From positions 1-38,516 of the forward strand of contig JANNXQ010000237.1 of assembly GCA_031409655.1 (NCBI GenBank): a stretch of 38,516 bases of DNA. The letters are read 5' to 3'. The stretch is from Chthoniobacteraceae bacterium (GTDB lineage: Bacteria; Verrucomicrobiota; Verrucomicrobiia; Chthoniobacterales; Chthoniobacteraceae). Positions 37,298 to 38,516 of the stretch are shown in pieces. Position numbers and translations under genes: made by a program. Each line of letters begins with the position of its first letter. Positions within the stretch are counted from its first letter, which is position 1. The notes beneath the pieces are model-generated. The model was not told where the DNA came from. It saw only the letters and a list, made by a program, of their open reading frames with translations, and ran no database searches.

Positions 37298-38230
37298 ATG
37301 CACCCCGACCACCCCGTCATCCTCTTCTACAAATACGTTCCACTCGTGGACCCCGAGCGTTTCGCCGCCAGCCAGCGCGCGGTGTGTGGCAGACTCGGTT
37401 TGAAAGGTCGCATCCTCATCGCCACCGAAGGCCTCAATGGCACCCTCGCCGGCCCGCGCGCCGCGATCGAAGAATACATCGCCGCCCTCCGCGCCGATGC
37501 CCGCTTCACCGACATCGAGATGAAAGTGAGCGCCGGCGACGCCACCACCTTCCCCCGCCTCGCCATCAAAGTCCGCCCCGAGATCGTCACCCTCGGCGCC
37601 GGCCCCCTCACCGCCGATCAGGACAATCACCTCACACCCGCCGAGTGGAAGCGCACCATCGAGGAAGACCCCAACGTCGTCCTCGTCGATGTGCGCAACG
37701 GCTACGAATCCGTCGCCGGAAAATTCACGGGTGCCATCGCCTGCGAGATCGAAACCTTCCGCGAACTCCCCGCCTACCTCGACAAGCTCGAACAGTATAA
37801 AGAGCGCAAAGTCCTCATGTATTGCACCGGCGGCATCCGCTGCGAAAAAGCCTCCGCGCTCTTCCGCAAACACGGCTTCCGCGACGTCCACCAACTCCAC
37901 GGCGGCATCGCGAAGTATCAGGAGGAATTCGGCAACGAACACTGGCTCGGCGAGTGTTTCGTCTTCGATCAGCGCATGACCGTGAAGGTCGATGAAGCCC
38001 TCGTGCAGATCGGCCAATGCGCCCACACCGGCCGCCCCACCAGCCGCTTCGTGAATTGCCTGCACGACCTCTGCCACGTCCTCTTCCTCCTCGCCGCAGA
38101 GACCGAGCACGAAAACCCCGAGACCCGCCTCTGCCCCGCCTGCCTCGCCAGCGGCCTCACCTCCCAGACTGCCGACTACAAAGGCAGCCCGGCGCGCACC
38201 GCGACGCGGAACTCGGACAGTGCTTCGTGA
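37298..38230 (+). CDS. trhO: rhodanese-family tRNA U34 hydroxylase (TrhO/YceA, UPF0176)
   Basis: LFYKY, KGRILIATEGLNGT, DVRN.YE..GKF, MYCTGGIRCEKAS, QLHGGI.KY, G.CFVFD.R. Confidence 0.92.
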   Translation: MHPDHPVILFYKYVPLVDPERFAASQRAVCGRLGLKGRILIATEGLNGTLAGPRAAIEEYIAALRADARFTDIEMKVSAGDATTFPRLAIKVRPEIVTLGAGPLTADQDNHLTPAEWKRTIEEDPNVVLVDVRNGYESVAGKFTGAIACEIETFRELPAYLDKLEQYKERKVLMYCTGGIRCEKASALFRKHGFRDVHQLHGGIAKYQEEFGNEHWLGECFVFDQRMTVKVDEALVQIGQCAHTGRPTSRFVNCLHDLCHVLFLLAAETEHENPETRLCPACLASGLTSQTADYKGSPARTATRNSDSAS

Positions 38231-38345
38231 AGAGGGATCAGCGATCCGTTTGGATCCGGTGCAGACAGCTCTCAATCATCCCCCGCGTTCACGGCTCCAG
38301 CTAGGGACGAGGGTGGAGATGGGCGGCGGCACCGCGGAACATTCG

Positions 38346-38427
38346 CCATGGCGCGGCGGAGCGCGCCATCCACCGAAATGCCAAGGCATGCTGGCCTCGG
38401 TGGATGGCGCGCTCCGCCGCGCGATGG
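38346..38427. repeat. ~31-bp inverted repeat (REP-like doublet)
   Basis: ccatggcgcggcggagcgcgccatccaccga (38346-38376) pairs with tcggtggatggcgcgctccgccgcgcgatgg (38397-38427) with one mismatch. Confidence 0.82.
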
Positions 38428-38516
38428 GAAGACCAACCGGGCGGGGCGCGTCGATCTTCCGGGTGTGCGAATCGGCTGTGGCGCTCAGGCTGAGAAAATG
38501 GGGGGCGGCGCCGCGG

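Overview
GC-rich bacterial chromosomal window. The 16S sequence looks like Verrucomicrobia (Spartobacteria/Chthoniobacterales-like; recognised by eye, not by search). It opens with the 5' end of a minus-strand 16S rRNA gene, its long leader and two tandem sigma70-type rRNA promoters. Next come a KTSC-domain protein with a twin-arginine signal, coupled to a 52-aa membrane peptide missing from the ORF track, then Nudix, aldo/keto reductase and SDR genes. An ~18.6 kb Wzx/Wzy polysaccharide locus (4860-23506) encodes an OM beta-barrel, short OPX, Wzc, Wzx, Wzy, four GT4s, an AsnB-like amidotransferase, an unknown membrane protein and PglC/PglE/PglF-like enzymes, but no PglD-like acetyltransferase. 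The rest holds a PAS-PAS-PP2C phosphatase, a CBS protein, xseB-dxs, an orphan PAS histidine kinase, a TPP-dependent keto-acid decarboxylase, DUF2752 plus a small membrane protein, a 1165-aa secreted GH42-like protein, a SAM-dependent transferase and trhO. Most notable: three copies of a (TCATCCY)4 heptamer element, each abutting a start codon, two of them forming an inverted repeat where local G/C skew flips; the Tat-KTSC module; and the acetyltransferase-less amino-sugar pathway. No CRISPR, tRNA, transposase or prophage was seen.
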